A stretch of DNA of 64,000 nucleotides from Candidatus Woesearchaeota archaeon (GTDB lineage Archaea > Nanobdellota > Nanobdellia > Woesearchaeales > WAPY01): contig JBNAUL010000001.1 in the NCBI GenBank assembly GCA_049700835.1, positions 1 through 64,000 on the forward strand, in the 5' to 3' direction. The notes beneath the pieces were generated by a model. The model saw only the letters and a list, made by a program, of their open reading frames with translations, was not told the origin of the DNA and searched no databases. Below are positions 19,143-29,591 of the stretch, one piece after another (position 1 is the first letter of the stretch; the number at the start of each line of letters is the position of its first letter). The translations under genes were made by a program, and so were the position numbers.

Positions 19143-20138
19143 ATGGTTGAAACTCTAAAAGCAGGAGTGATTGGTTGTGGACTAATGGGCCAAAACCATG
19201 TAAGAAATTATATTGAAATTGAAGAGACAGAATTGGTAGCAATTTGTGATGTTAATAAAAAAACAGCTGATAGCCTTGCAAAGAAATACAAGTGCAAAGC
19301 TTACAATGATTATGAGGAAATGCTTAGCAAGGAGAAATTAGATATTGTGAGCGTTGCTGTTCCAACATTCCTGCACAAAAAAGTTGGTTTAGAAGTTTTA
19401 AAGAAAAACATAAACATGCTCTTAGAAAAACCAATTACACTTTCATTAGAAGAAGCTGATGAACTAATAACTGCCTCAAAAAAGAGCAGTTCAAAAGTTT
19501 TGATTGGCCATATTGAAAGATTTAATTCCGCTGTGATGGAAGCAAAAGAGAGAATAAAAGAAATTGGAAAATTGATTTGCATTTCAGCAAGAAGGATTGG
19601 CCCTTATGCTTCAAGAATACAGGATACAGGAGTTGTGATTGATTTAACAACTCATGATATAGACAGTTCAATGTTCATTGCTGAATCAGAAGTTAAAGAA
19701 TTGTTTGGTTATTGCAGTTCTCTGATAAAGAAAGACAGAGAGGACTTCTTTGTTGGAATAATGAATTTAAAGAATGATTTGAATGTGCTGTTAGAAACAA
19801 ATTGGATAACTCCAACAAAAATAAGAGAACTAAACATTATAGGAACAAGAGGAATGTTTAAGGTTGATTACGTAAACCAAGATTTGTATTTTTATGAGAA
19901 TGCAGAATTAAAGGAAATGCCAAATTATCAAGAAGTTTTAAAGGGGGTTACAGATGGAATAATAATAAAGTACAAAGTTGATAAAAAAGAGCCGTTAAGA
20001 AATGAGATAATGCACTTGATTGAGTGCATAAGAAAAGACAAAAGTCCTCTTGTAACATTAGAAATTGGAAAGAAAAATTTGTTAATAGCAAAGAAGTTTT
20101 TGGAGTCTGCAAAAGAAAAGAAGATTGTGAGGTTTTAA
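19143..20138 (+). CDS. Gfo/Idh/MocA oxidoreductase, WbpB-like sugar 3-dehydrogenase
   Basis: GVIGCGLMG, LEKP, GHIERFN, DLTTHDID; AGGTGA RBS before ATG 19143. Confidence 0.88.
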   Translation: MVETLKAGVIGCGLMGQNHVRNYIEIEETELVAICDVNKKTADSLAKKYKCKAYNDYEEMLSKEKLDIVSVAVPTFLHKKVGLEVLKKNINMLLEKPITLSLEEADELITASKKSSSKVLIGHIERFNSAVMEAKERIKEIGKLICISARRIGPYASRIQDTGVVIDLTTHDIDSSMFIAESEVKELFGYCSSLIKKDREDFFVGIMNLKNDLNVLLETNWITPTKIRELNIIGTRGMFKVDYVNQDLYFYENAELKEMPNYQEVLKGVTDGIIIKYKVDKKEPLRNEIMHLIECIRKDKSPLVTLEIGKKNLLIAKKFLESAKEKKIVRF

Positions 20139-20139
20139 A

Positions 20140-20763
20140 ATGAGAGTTTTATTTCTAAGCCCTCATACAGACGATATTGAGTTGGGAGCAGGAGGAACCC
20201 TTATAAGATTGATAAATAAAAAAAATGATGTGCTTGTTGCTGTATTTTCAACTTGCAATGACGCTGTTCCAAAGGGAATGCCGAAAAATGCTTTAAAAAA
20301 AGAATTCATTAACAGCATGAGAGAAGCTGGTGTGAAAAGTTATAGAATACTTAATTTTCAGAATAAAAATTTTCCAAAACAAAGACAGGAAATTCTTGAT
20401 AAAATGACTGAAATTCTAAAAGATTTTAATCCTGAACTCGTAATTGGGCCTTCTTTGAATGAAACGCACCAGGATCATAAAACAATAGCAGAAGAAATGA
20501 TAAGATGTTTTAAAAAAACAGCAAGCATTATAAGTTATGAACAACCATGGAATAACTTAAACTTCAAACCAACGATGTTTGTTAAGTTGAAAGAAGAAGA
20601 AATTAAAAAGAAGATTAGTTTATTAAGAAATTATAAAACCCAATTCATGCTTAAAAGAGCGTATTTTTCTGAGGAGTTCATAAGAGCTTTAGCAATAGTT
20701 AGAGGTATTCAGTCAGGAAACGAATACGCTGAGGCCTTTGAGGTAATAAGATGGCAAATCTGA
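20140..20763 (+). CDS. PIG-L family N-deacetylase
   Basis: SPHTDDIELGAGG, HQDH, YAEAFE. Confidence 0.88.
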   Translation: MRVLFLSPHTDDIELGAGGTLIRLINKKNDVLVAVFSTCNDAVPKGMPKNALKKEFINSMREAGVKSYRILNFQNKNFPKQRQEILDKMTEILKDFNPELVIGPSLNETHQDHKTIAEEMIRCFKKTASIISYEQPWNNLNFKPTMFVKLKEEEIKKKISLLRNYKTQFMLKRAYFSEEFIRALAIVRGIQSGNEYAEAFEVIRWQI

Positions 20764-21854
20764 ATAAAATAAATGTTTTGGTTACAGGAGCAGGAGCACC
20801 TGGAATTTCAGGAACAATATACTCATTAAAGAATAATCCTGAAAAGAGAAAAATAAATATTATTGGAACAGACATAAAGGACAATGTCATAGGAAAATAT
20901 TTGTGTAATAAATTCTTCACAGTGCCGAAACCTTCTGATGAAAAATTCATTGAAGAAATGCTTAAAATCTGCAAAAAAGAGAAAATACAAGTTTTAATAC
21001 CGCAAACAACTGATGAACTTCCAAAACTCTCTCAAAACAAAGAAGAGTTTGGAAAGATTGGAACAAGAATAACAATATCTGATTATGAAAGTATAAGAAT
21101 ATGCAACAACAAGTTTGAACTAACAAAACTCTGCAAGGAACTCAAAATTCCGTATCCAGAATTTTACATTGTAACAAGATTTGATGATTTGATGGAAAAA
21201 GCAAAAAAACTTGGATTTCCTGAAAAACCTGTTGTTATAAAACCTCCTGAATCTTCTGGAATGAGGGGCTTAAGAATAATTGATGAGAAAATAAATATGA
21301 AGCAATTCTTTTACGACTCAAAACCTTCAGGGGTTATAACTGACACAAACATTCCAACGAGTTTGTACATAACAAGCCAAGAACTTTACAGAATAATTGG
21401 AGAAGAATTTCCTGAATTAATGATAATGGAGTTCTTGCCTGGAAAAGAATACACTGTTGATTGCTTCAGAACAGAAAAAGAATCAATAATAATTCCTAGA
21501 ACGAGAGATGTTATAAGAACAGGAATAACCTTTGATGGAACAACAGAAAAGAATGAAGATATAATAAATGCGTGCAAAAAAATATCTGAGAAACTGAATT
21601 TAAAGTACATGTATGGTTTTCAATTCAAAAAAGACAATTACGGAACACCAAAGATATTAGAAAGCAATCCAAGAGTTCAAGGAACAATGGTTGCTTCAAC
21701 TCTTGCAGGAGCAAACATAATATATGCTTCGGTAAAGTATGCTTTAGGCGAAAAAATTCCAAAGATAAAAATAAATTGGAACAGTAGAATAATAAGGTAT
21801 TGGGGTGCTGTTGGAATTGAAAACAACAAACTAAAAAAGATTATGCATCCGTAA
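20751..21854 (+). CDS. ATP-grasp ligase (sugar-modifying, CPS-like)
   Basis: VLVTGAG, VVIKP..SSGMRG, EFLPGKEYTVD, ESNPRVQG. Confidence 0.85.
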   Translation: MANLNKINVLVTGAGAPGISGTIYSLKNNPEKRKINIIGTDIKDNVIGKYLCNKFFTVPKPSDEKFIEEMLKICKKEKIQVLIPQTTDELPKLSQNKEEFGKIGTRITISDYESIRICNNKFELTKLCKELKIPYPEFYIVTRFDDLMEKAKKLGFPEKPVVIKPPESSGMRGLRIIDEKINMKQFFYDSKPSGVITDTNIPTSLYITSQELYRIIGEEFPELMIMEFLPGKEYTVDCFRTEKESIIIPRTRDVIRTGITFDGTTEKNEDIINACKKISEKLNLKYMYGFQFKKDNYGTPKILESNPRVQGTMVASTLAGANIIYASVKYALGEKIPKIKINWNSRIIRYWGAVGIENNKLKKIMHP

Positions 21855-21864
21855 AAAATTTCTC

Positions 21865-22860
21865 ATGAAAAAACCATTAATATCTATAATAATTCCAACT
21901 AGAAATGAAGAGAAATACATTTCAAAACTATTGGATAGTTTAATAGAACAAGATTATCCAAAAGAAAACTTTGAGGTTTTAATATTTGACGGGCTTTCAG
22001 AAGATAAAACTCTGAGCATTGCAAAAACATACAAGAAAAAACTGAACATTAGAATTTTTGTTAATAAAAAAATAAAACAGGTCTTTGCATGGAACGGTGG
22101 AATAAAAAAAGCAAAAGGAGATTTTATAATAATTTTAGGAGCGCATTCAATAGTTAAAAATGATTTTATAAAAAAGAATGTTGAAACTCTCTTAAAAATA
22201 AGAGAAAAAGAACCAAAACTTGCAGGAGTTGGAGGAACTCACTCTAACTTGTATGAGAATAAATTTGCAAAGATCTCTGCTTTAATGCTTTCCTCTCCAT
22301 TCTTAGGAGGAAGCAGTTTCAGGTATTCTGAAAAACCTGGTTTCAAAGAAACAATCGTTTTTGGTTTTTATGATAAAAAAATTCTAAAAGAAATCAATGG
22401 TTTTGATGAGGACTTTATAATTGGAGAGGACTATGAGCTTAACTTGAGATTAAATAAAAGAGGATATAAACTATATTTCAACCCTGAAATAAAATCATCA
22501 TACTATTCAAGAAGTTCATTATCTAAGTTTATAAGACAGATGTTTAACTACGGGGCTGCAAAGGGGCTTTGCATAAGAGCAGGATACAATAAAATCGTAT
22601 GGTGGGCTCCGATCCTGTTTTTATTTTATGAAATTTTGTTTTTAGGAACAATGCTAACAAAAAATACATTCTTGATAAAACTCTCTTCTCTACCTGCAAT
22701 AATCTATCTATTATTAGATTCGTTTTTCTCAACACTTGTTTTTTCAAAAACAAAGGACTTTTATGCTTTTCTACTCTTAATAATGCACCCAATAATTCAC
22801 AACATTGTTGCATTTGGTTTCATAAAAGGACTAATAAGAGGAAGAAGTGTTTTCAAGTGA
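21865..22860 (+). CDS. Glycosyltransferase family 2 with C-terminal TM segments
   Basis: ISIIIPTRNEE, DGLSED, GFDE....GEDYELN. Confidence 0.9.
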   Translation: MKKPLISIIIPTRNEEKYISKLLDSLIEQDYPKENFEVLIFDGLSEDKTLSIAKTYKKKLNIRIFVNKKIKQVFAWNGGIKKAKGDFIIILGAHSIVKNDFIKKNVETLLKIREKEPKLAGVGGTHSNLYENKFAKISALMLSSPFLGGSSFRYSEKPGFKETIVFGFYDKKILKEINGFDEDFIIGEDYELNLRLNKRGYKLYFNPEIKSSYYSRSSLSKFIRQMFNYGAAKGLCIRAGYNKIVWWAPILFLFYEILFLGTMLTKNTFLIKLSSLPAIIYLLLDSFFSTLVFSKTKDFYAFLLLIMHPIIHNIVAFGFIKGLIRGRSVFK

Positions 22861-22866
22861 GTTAAG

Positions 22867-23988
22867 ATGAAGGTTTTAATGTTGAGGTCTAATGCTTTTG
22901 AACCAGAAGAAAGAATTTTTAAAGAAGCAAGAACATTGATAAAGGCAGGTCACGATGTTAAACTAATTTGTTGGGATAGGCAATTAAATTTTCCAAAAAA
23001 AGAAAATTATGATGGAATTGAAATTGAAAGGATAAGATTAAAGTGCGGTTTTGGAAATCCAGTAGAAATGTTTTTTAAACTCCAAAAATTCTGGAATGAA
23101 ATTTACAAAAAATCAAAAAGTTTGAAGTTTGATGTTGTTCATGCTTTTGATTATGACACTTTACCAATTGCTTCCAGAATAAAAAAAGAAAGAAATTGTA
23201 AATTAATTTATAATGCATTAGAACTCTTTTTAGGTTACACTTCTAATAAAATAATAAATCAAGTTTTATTCATTATTGAAAAAAATAATCTGAAATATGT
23301 TGATGTTTTAATCCATGCAAATGAAGAAAGGTTTAAAATATTCAGAAAAAAAACAAAATGGAACAAAAAATACATAATACTTCATAATTACCCGCCATTA
23401 GGAATAAAAAAGTTCAAGAAGGATTATGATAAAATAATATTTCAATATTGTGGTGGAATAAAAAAGGACAGGAACATATTTAACATAGTAAAAGCATTTT
23501 CTCAAATAAAAAATGAGAACATTGAGTTTTATATTTATGGACACACCAACAACGATTACGGAAGAAAAATAAAAGAGTTCATAGGAAAAAACAGGATAAA
23601 AAACATAATAATAAAAGACTATATTCCCTTTACAGAACTACTCAACTTTATGAGAAAAACGCATGTTGGTTTTGTTCCAGTAGCAAAAACCTCACTCAAC
23701 AACATAATACCAGAACCAACAAAACTATACGACAACTTCGCAACAGGAAACATCTCAATAGTAGAAAATGTTCCTTACCTTAAAAAAATAATAAACAAAG
23801 ACAAATTAGGATTTTATTGCGATTTTTCAAACATCAATGACATAAAGAAAAACATTCAAAAAATAATAGAAACTCCAAAAAAAGAATTAAAAATAAAAGC
23901 AGAAAAATGCTACAATAAATACCTTCAAGAATACAACTGGAAACACGAAGAAGAAAAATTAATAAAGGTTTATGAAAATCTTGAGTAA
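22867..23988 (+). CDS. Glycosyltransferase family 4 (GT-B)
   Basis: RIFKEARTLIKAGHDV, VVHAFD, PTKLYD, YNW..EE.KL..VY. Confidence 0.85.
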   Translation: MKVLMLRSNAFEPEERIFKEARTLIKAGHDVKLICWDRQLNFPKKENYDGIEIERIRLKCGFGNPVEMFFKLQKFWNEIYKKSKSLKFDVVHAFDYDTLPIASRIKKERNCKLIYNALELFLGYTSNKIINQVLFIIEKNNLKYVDVLIHANEERFKIFRKKTKWNKKYIILHNYPPLGIKKFKKDYDKIIFQYCGGIKKDRNIFNIVKAFSQIKNENIEFYIYGHTNNDYGRKIKEFIGKNRIKNIIIKDYIPFTELLNFMRKTHVGFVPVAKTSLNNIIPEPTKLYDNFATGNISIVENVPYLKKIINKDKLGFYCDFSNINDIKKNIQKIIETPKKELKIKAEKCYNKYLQEYNWKHEEEKLIKVYENLE

Positions 23989-23990
23989 AA

Positions 23991-25031
23991 ATGAGCATTA
24001 GCGAATTGTATCAAAAAGTTAAAGTAATTTTTATGAATGGAATAAGCTTAATTAAAGCTGATGATTTGAATTTAGGCACAAAACTCAAAATTATAGAAAA
24101 AAGAATTAGAAAGAAAAAAACAAACCCTTATTGCAATTACGCTCCTTCAAGCATCGCAATAGAAATAACCTCTGCATGCAATTTTAATTGTGCGTTCTGT
24201 ATAAGAAAGGAACTAAAGATACCTCCTAAGAAATTAAGCAAAAATAGAATAAAAAAACTTATAAGTTCCATAAAAGGAAAAGGAGTTAAGAATATTTACC
24301 TCTTTGGTGTTGGAGAGCCATTGCTTTATCCAATAGATGATTTAGTTGAAATAATAAACTTTGCAGCAAAGTATGTTCCATGCGTTTCATTTGTAACTAA
24401 TGGTAGTTTACTAAAAGGGGAAATTGCTAAAAAATTGGCAAAAAGCAAACTAAGCGATATAAGAATAAGCGTTGACAGCCCTAATCCAGAAATTTACAAA
24501 ATAATAAGAAATTTTGATTTAAAAATAATTAAAGAAAACATAAAAAACTTTACCTTACTTTCAAAGATTCCTGTTAGAATACAAGCCGTTCTAACAAAAG
24601 AAACAGAAAAGGATTTTACTAAATTACCTGAATTTTGCAAAGAAGTTGGTGTTAAGATATTGTATGTTAATAAATTGCATGAAACTGAATATTATAAAGG
24701 CATGATAAAAGAACCAGAAAAAATAGAAAAAATAGAAAAAGAATTGATAAGAAAATGTAAGACACATAACCTAAAGCTTGGATTAAATCTAAGAGATGCA
24801 ATTATATTGGAAAATTCACAAATCATATGTAGGGAACCATTCTATCAAGCGTATATAAATTGTGAAGGTTATTTAACTCCTTGCAGCATGATGCCTCACA
24901 TTAAATTAAAAAAAGCTAATGAAGTGATGGAGGTTTGGAATTCTAAAGAAATAATTGATTTCAGAAAAAAAATTATTAATGGAAATTATCCTGATTGGTG
25001 TGTTAAGAAATGCGGAGTTAAAAGATTCTAA
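23991..25031 (+). CDS. Radical SAM/SPASM-twitch domain protein
   Basis: CNFNCAFC, GEPLL, TNGSLL, ISVDS; C-terminal CREPF...TPCS...C...C. Confidence 0.9.
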   Translation: MSISELYQKVKVIFMNGISLIKADDLNLGTKLKIIEKRIRKKKTNPYCNYAPSSIAIEITSACNFNCAFCIRKELKIPPKKLSKNRIKKLISSIKGKGVKNIYLFGVGEPLLYPIDDLVEIINFAAKYVPCVSFVTNGSLLKGEIAKKLAKSKLSDIRISVDSPNPEIYKIIRNFDLKIIKENIKNFTLLSKIPVRIQAVLTKETEKDFTKLPEFCKEVGVKILYVNKLHETEYYKGMIKEPEKIEKIEKELIRKCKTHNLKLGLNLRDAIILENSQIICREPFYQAYINCEGYLTPCSMMPHIKLKKANEVMEVWNSKEIIDFRKKIINGNYPDWCVKKCGVKRF

Positions 25032-25037
25032 TCTAAA

Positions 25038-26006
25038 ATGATAAAAAAAATCCTGTTTATAAACAATTTAGCAAGCATAAGTCATATTTTAGGAGAAGAA
25101 TTTAAAAAAAGAAAGATTGATTATGACATCATAGATTTGTACAAAAAAGAAGTTTTCTGGTCTGAAAGCAAGAAAGATTTAAATAAAAATATTAAAGAGA
25201 TAGAACTCAAAGAATATGATGTTGTTTATTATAATATTCCTTATTCTTTTGCTTCAGTTTTTCTAAATTTTAAATGCAAATTAAATAAGGTAAATTTTGT
25301 TGTCCATTTTCATGGTTATGATGCAAGAGCAAGGGATCCAAAATTAATATTTTATAGAACATTGTCTTGTTTGGGAGTTAAACTTGCATTTTATTCAACT
25401 CCTGATTTAAGAAACAGGTTGTGGTGGTTTTTAGGGAAAAAAGTTTTTCTTCCAAGTCCAATATCTATAAAAATAAAAAATAAAAAAAATAAAGTTTATT
25501 CTAAAAGAATTCTTGTTTTTCAAAGAATAGAAAAAGAAAAAGGCCTTGTAGAAATTCTTAAAATTGTTAAACAATTGCCTCAGTTTCAATTTGATTTTAT
25601 AAAGTTAGGCAAAGAAAAGGACATTGCACTATTTAACAAATTAAAAGGAAAAAATTGCAATTTAATAAATCCTATAAAACATGAAAATGTAGGAAATTTA
25701 CTCTCAAAATACAAAGTTATATTAGGACAATACTCTCCATATGGAGTAATAGGTGTTAGCGAGTTTGAAGCAATGAGTTTAGAAAAACCTACGCTTTTTT
25801 ATTTTGACAAAAAGTATGATGCCTTTTATAAAGAGCCTGTTCCAAGAATTGATTATAATGCAAAGAACATATTAGATTTAATGAATAATAATAAAAAAAG
25901 AAAAGAACTCGGCAAGAAACAGAAAGAGTGGGTTTTAAAATATCTAAATCCTAAGAATATTGTTGATACAATGCTAACAAACTTAAAACTTTTAAATCCT
26001 AATTAA
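25038..26006 (+). CDS. Glycosyltransferase family 4-like
   Basis: HFHGYD, STPDL, GVSEFEAMS.EKP, RKELG. Confidence 0.8.
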   Translation: MIKKILFINNLASISHILGEEFKKRKIDYDIIDLYKKEVFWSESKKDLNKNIKEIELKEYDVVYYNIPYSFASVFLNFKCKLNKVNFVVHFHGYDARARDPKLIFYRTLSCLGVKLAFYSTPDLRNRLWWFLGKKVFLPSPISIKIKNKKNKVYSKRILVFQRIEKEKGLVEILKIVKQLPQFQFDFIKLGKEKDIALFNKLKGKNCNLINPIKHENVGNLLSKYKVILGQYSPYGVIGVSEFEAMSLEKPTLFYFDKKYDAFYKEPVPRIDYNAKNILDLMNNNKKRKELGKKQKEWVLKYLNPKNIVDTMLTNLKLLNPN

Positions 26007-26034
26007 AAACTGCAATACCAAAATTTAAAAATTC

Positions 26035-27660
26035 CTAATCTTTCAATATCAAAACCTTAACTACTTCATCTGAAATTTTAACATAATGAAATGTTAAATT
26101 ATATTTGTTTTCATAACCAATATTTAACAAGTTGTTATAAAAATTTTCTTCTAAAAAATTGCTGTTCTTAAATCTTATTCTGTAACTTGGCAACCATTTT
26201 AAAAAAACAACTTTTGGCTTATTTGTTTTTACATAGTCAAGGAGCATTTCGTAAGAATTCAATCTTCTGTCATTAAAAATTGTTTGTCCTTCATCAAACC
26301 ACAGAACAACATTTTTTGGAGGTGTTAAATTATAGTCGCAGTAGAATAATTTGTACTGGTCAAAGTTTACAAAACTAAAATTATAGTTTTCTATTATTTT
26401 TCTTAAAATATTGATATTTTCTAATGTTTCACTGTGTAAGACAGCTCCTTTAAAACAACCATCATTTATTTTTTTGAAGTTATTATTCAAACCTAAAAAA
26501 TTTGACACTTGTAAATATGGTGGTGTTGCATAGTTTTGAATTCTTGTAAATCTTATAAAACTTAAACTTGAAATTAAGAGAAGCAATATTAAAATTGCTG
26601 CAAAATTTTTTAGAGTAATCTGGCTTAAAACCTTAATCTTAAAGAGTTTTGAATTCTTATACTCAAAAATCAAAAACAATAAAACCAAAATCAAAGGTAA
26701 ACCTGAAAAGCTTGGTTGTATATTATCTGACGAAGTGAAGGCAACAATCGTTGGGATTGTGCTCAAAATAATTATAATCGCACTTAATTTTCTCACAAAA
26801 TCATCTTTCTCCTTAATAAAAATATATAATCCTAAAAGTGAAAAATAAAAGGTTATGGAAAACAAACAAGAATAACTTCCTTCTAAAGAAAAAATCTTTC
26901 TAATTCTTGACTCGTGAGGTTTCTGCCCGAGATTAAACCACTTAGAAAAATTACCATTAGAAACAAAATTAAAACCAACAAAAACAAAACCAACAAAAAC
27001 AAAATAAGGAAGTAAAAAATAAACAAAAACATCCCTAAAACTCTTCCTCTCAACAACTAAAAAATATAAAGTTAATAAGAAAAAATGGAGCAAACCAACA
27101 TCCTGCTTAGAAAACAAAGACAAAACGCACAAAACAGCAGAAAAAAACATAATAGCCTTACTAATTTCTTTGTGACTAAAAACAAAAAAACAAATAATTA
27201 TCACATTTAATAAAAAAAAGAAAAGAGCGCTCTGATTATACCAAGGAAAAACAATAATACCATTAAAACAATAATGAAAAGCAATCGCTAACAAAAAACT
27301 AACAAAAAAATTAAAATATTTTTTAACCAAAAAATAAAAAAAAACAGCAAGAACACAAGACAAAAAAGCAGAATGAACAGCCATAGCAAACAAATTAGGA
27401 CCAAACAAAAAATCAAAAAACGCCTGAACAAAAAAAACAACAGGACCAACAGGCATAAAAAAATCCCTGTAAGGAATTTGACCTTTAAAAATCCTATAAC
27501 CTCCTTCAAAAATACATGTCCAATCAGCTGATAACTCAGAACCAAAAATACCAAGAAAAACCAAACAAAAAATTGAAAAAACAATAATCGAAGGAACAAA
27601 AAAATTTTCAAATAAAGATTTATTATTAACAAAAAAATTCTTGCCTTCATACTTTACCAT
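26035..27660 (-). CDS. Polytopic membrane protein, GT-C-like
   Basis: GYRI..GQIPYRDFF.P.GP and WYN motifs, SKQDVG, ~11 TM segments plus a soluble C-terminal domain. Likely ATG 27660 (track 27672). Confidence 0.65.
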   Translation of the reverse strand: MVKYEGKNFFVNNKSLFENFFVPSIIVFSIFCLVFLGIFGSELSADWTCIFEGGYRIFKGQIPYRDFFMPVGPVVFFVQAFFDFLFGPNLFAMAVHSAFLSCVLAVFFYFLVKKYFNFFVSFLLAIAFHYCFNGIIVFPWYNQSALFFFLLNVIIICFFVFSHKEISKAIMFFSAVLCVLSLFSKQDVGLLHFFLLTLYFLVVERKSFRDVFVYFLLPYFVFVGFVFVGFNFVSNGNFSKWFNLGQKPHESRIRKIFSLEGSYSCLFSITFYFSLLGLYIFIKEKDDFVRKLSAIIIILSTIPTIVAFTSSDNIQPSFSGLPLILVLLFLIFEYKNSKLFKIKVLSQITLKNFAAILILLLLISSLSFIRFTRIQNYATPPYLQVSNFLGLNNNFKKINDGCFKGAVLHSETLENINILRKIIENYNFSFVNFDQYKLFYCDYNLTPPKNVVLWFDEGQTIFNDRRLNSYEMLLDYVKTNKPKVVFLKWLPSYRIRFKNSNFLEENFYNNLLNIGYENKYNLTFHYVKISDEVVKVLILKD

Positions 27661-27887
27661 TGCAACCACCAACCTTTATCATTCTATCAAAAATTATAAA
27701 AAATCTTAGACTAAAACAAATTATATAAAACTTTCTAAAAGAAAAAGTGTAAAGATATAGTCAAAAAAACAAAAAAACCAAAACTTTTTAAATACTTGGT
27801 TAACTACTCTAAAAGGAGATTTTAAAGATTTCAATAAAAATTAACCTTTAATTTTATCAAAAACAAGGAGAACAAGGGGTTTTTAAA

Positions 27888-28166
27888 ATGACTGCAGGAA
27901 GATTTAAATCAAGGAGTTGGAGAAGAGTTAAAGTTAGAACGCCAAAAAAACTTGTTACGCATTACAAAAGGAGAAAACCTAAAAAAATTGTTTGCGCTCT
28001 TTGCAAGAAAGAAATTCATGGTGTTCCGAGAGAGTTTCCAAAAAAACTTCAATCAATGGCTAAAACAAAGAAAAGGCCTGAAAGGCCTTATGGTGGTTAC
28101 TTATGCAGTGAATGCTTAAGAAAACTAATGAAGGAAAAGGCAAGAAAATCTGAATTCAATAAATAA
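27888..28166 (+). CDS. rpl34e: 50S ribosomal protein eL34
   Basis: SRSWRRVKVRTP, CALC, RPERPYGGYLCSEC. Confidence 0.95.
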   Translation: MTAGRFKSRSWRRVKVRTPKKLVTHYKRRKPKKIVCALCKKEIHGVPREFPKKLQSMAKTKKRPERPYGGYLCSECLRKLMKEKARKSEFNK

Positions 28167-28192
28167 ATCATTTTAATTAAAAGGTGGTTTAA

Positions 28193-28534
28193 ATGATAGA
28201 GATTGGAAGGCTTTGCATGAAAATTGCTGGAAGAGATGCTGGCAAGTATGGAATCATAATAGACATAATAAATGACAAGTTTGTAATGCTTGATGGTCAA
28301 GTTAGGAGGAGAAAGGTAAATATTAATCATGTAGAATTGTTGCCAAAGGTTCTCAACATAAAAAGGAATGCAAATCATGAAGAAGTTATAAATGCTTTAA
28401 AGAGCGTTGGTATAATTGTTGAAGAAAAACAAGATAAAAAGAAGACTGAAAAGAATTCTGAAAAAGAAAATTTAGGAGAAAAGAACCAGCAAAACAAAGA
28501 AAAAAAGAGTTCAAAGAAAAAAATAATTAAATAA
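28193..28534 (+). CDS. rpl14e: 50S ribosomal protein eL14
   Basis: IEIGRLCMKIAGRDAGK...VRRRKVNINHVE. Confidence 0.95.
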   Translation: MIEIGRLCMKIAGRDAGKYGIIIDIINDKFVMLDGQVRRRKVNINHVELLPKVLNIKRNANHEEVINALKSVGIIVEEKQDKKKTEKNSEKENLGEKNQQNKEKKSSKKKIIK

Positions 28535-28768
28535 ATAATTTAAATAATACTATAATATTAACTTAAAATAATTTCAACAAGAATATTTTAAAAGGTACCT
28601 AAACTTAATTAATAAAAATTTGCATTATTTTTGCTGCTGTTCTGCGCTGTTCTGTTTTGTATTTTATGCTTAAATTCTTTGTTAAGAATACTGTATTTTG
28701 TTGCTAGAACTCTTAACTTGCTTTATATTAACAGCAAAATAACAGCAAAAATTTAAAGCACATTGTTC

Positions 28769-29533
28769 TCAATAAACCTTAAAGAATTTTCTGAACAATG
28801 AAGAAGCTATCAATGCAATTATTATGTAATACCAAATCCAAGACATTGACAATCCTAAAATCCTTATTCTCAATGGTTTGTTGCTTACAGTTATTTTCTT
28901 AAGATTTTCTTTAGGAAAATTCTCAATTGGTTTTGAATATTCTTGCTTGTTAGTGATTATTATTTCCTTGTTCTTTGTTTCATTGTCATAATGAAAACTA
29001 ACCAAATAATTTCCTTGAATTCCTATTAAAGAGTAAGTTATTGCGTTTTTTGAATAATCAACTGTCTTGTTTGTTATTTTAACTCCCTCAGGCAGAACTT
29101 CTAAAGAACAATTTTCAGGAAGTTTTTCAAATGCGAATGTTATGTTAAACTCTTGATTTGGAATTAATGGCTGATAAGCATAGTTTGCATTTACCCAACT
29201 AAAGATCAATATCAATGGAATAAATGTTATTAATGTTGAGTTCATTGTGTATCTCATCTGTTTTGCTGAAAGAGCAAGAATTTTTGAATTCAGCTTCATC
29301 ATCTCTTTTTGCGCTTCTGGTTCATTAGCTCTCTTTTGCAGTTCCTTAATCCTCTTTTGCAGTTTAGAAGATTCCTCTCTTAATTCTTTTAATTCTTTTT
29401 GAGGGGTTGTGTACTTATAAATGATTGTTGTTATTATTGATATCAAAACCCCAAAAATAGCAATAACAAGTGCTGAACTCAAACTTAGCAATGGAGAAAA
29501 TATTGGGTTTAAAATCGTGTTTGCAGTTATCAT
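28769..29533 (-). CDS. DUF106/EMC3-TMCO1 (Oxa1 superfamily) insertase
   Basis: TM, coiled coil, TFIPLILIFSW and C-terminal WIWYYII; canonical position after secY. Confidence 0.85.
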   Translation of the reverse strand: MITANTILNPIFSPLLSLSSALVIAIFGVLISIITTIIYKYTTPQKELKELREESSKLQKRIKELQKRANEPEAQKEMMKLNSKILALSAKQMRYTMNSTLITFIPLILIFSWVNANYAYQPLIPNQEFNITFAFEKLPENCSLEVLPEGVKITNKTVDYSKNAITYSLIGIQGNYLVSFHYDNETKNKEIIITNKQEYSKPIENFPKENLKKITVSNKPLRIRILGLSMSWIWYYIIIALIASSLFRKFFKVY

Positions 29534-29591
29534 TTTTAACCTTTTAATAAATTAATAAATTTTAACTTTGCCTTTTCTTGATTTTATTGTT

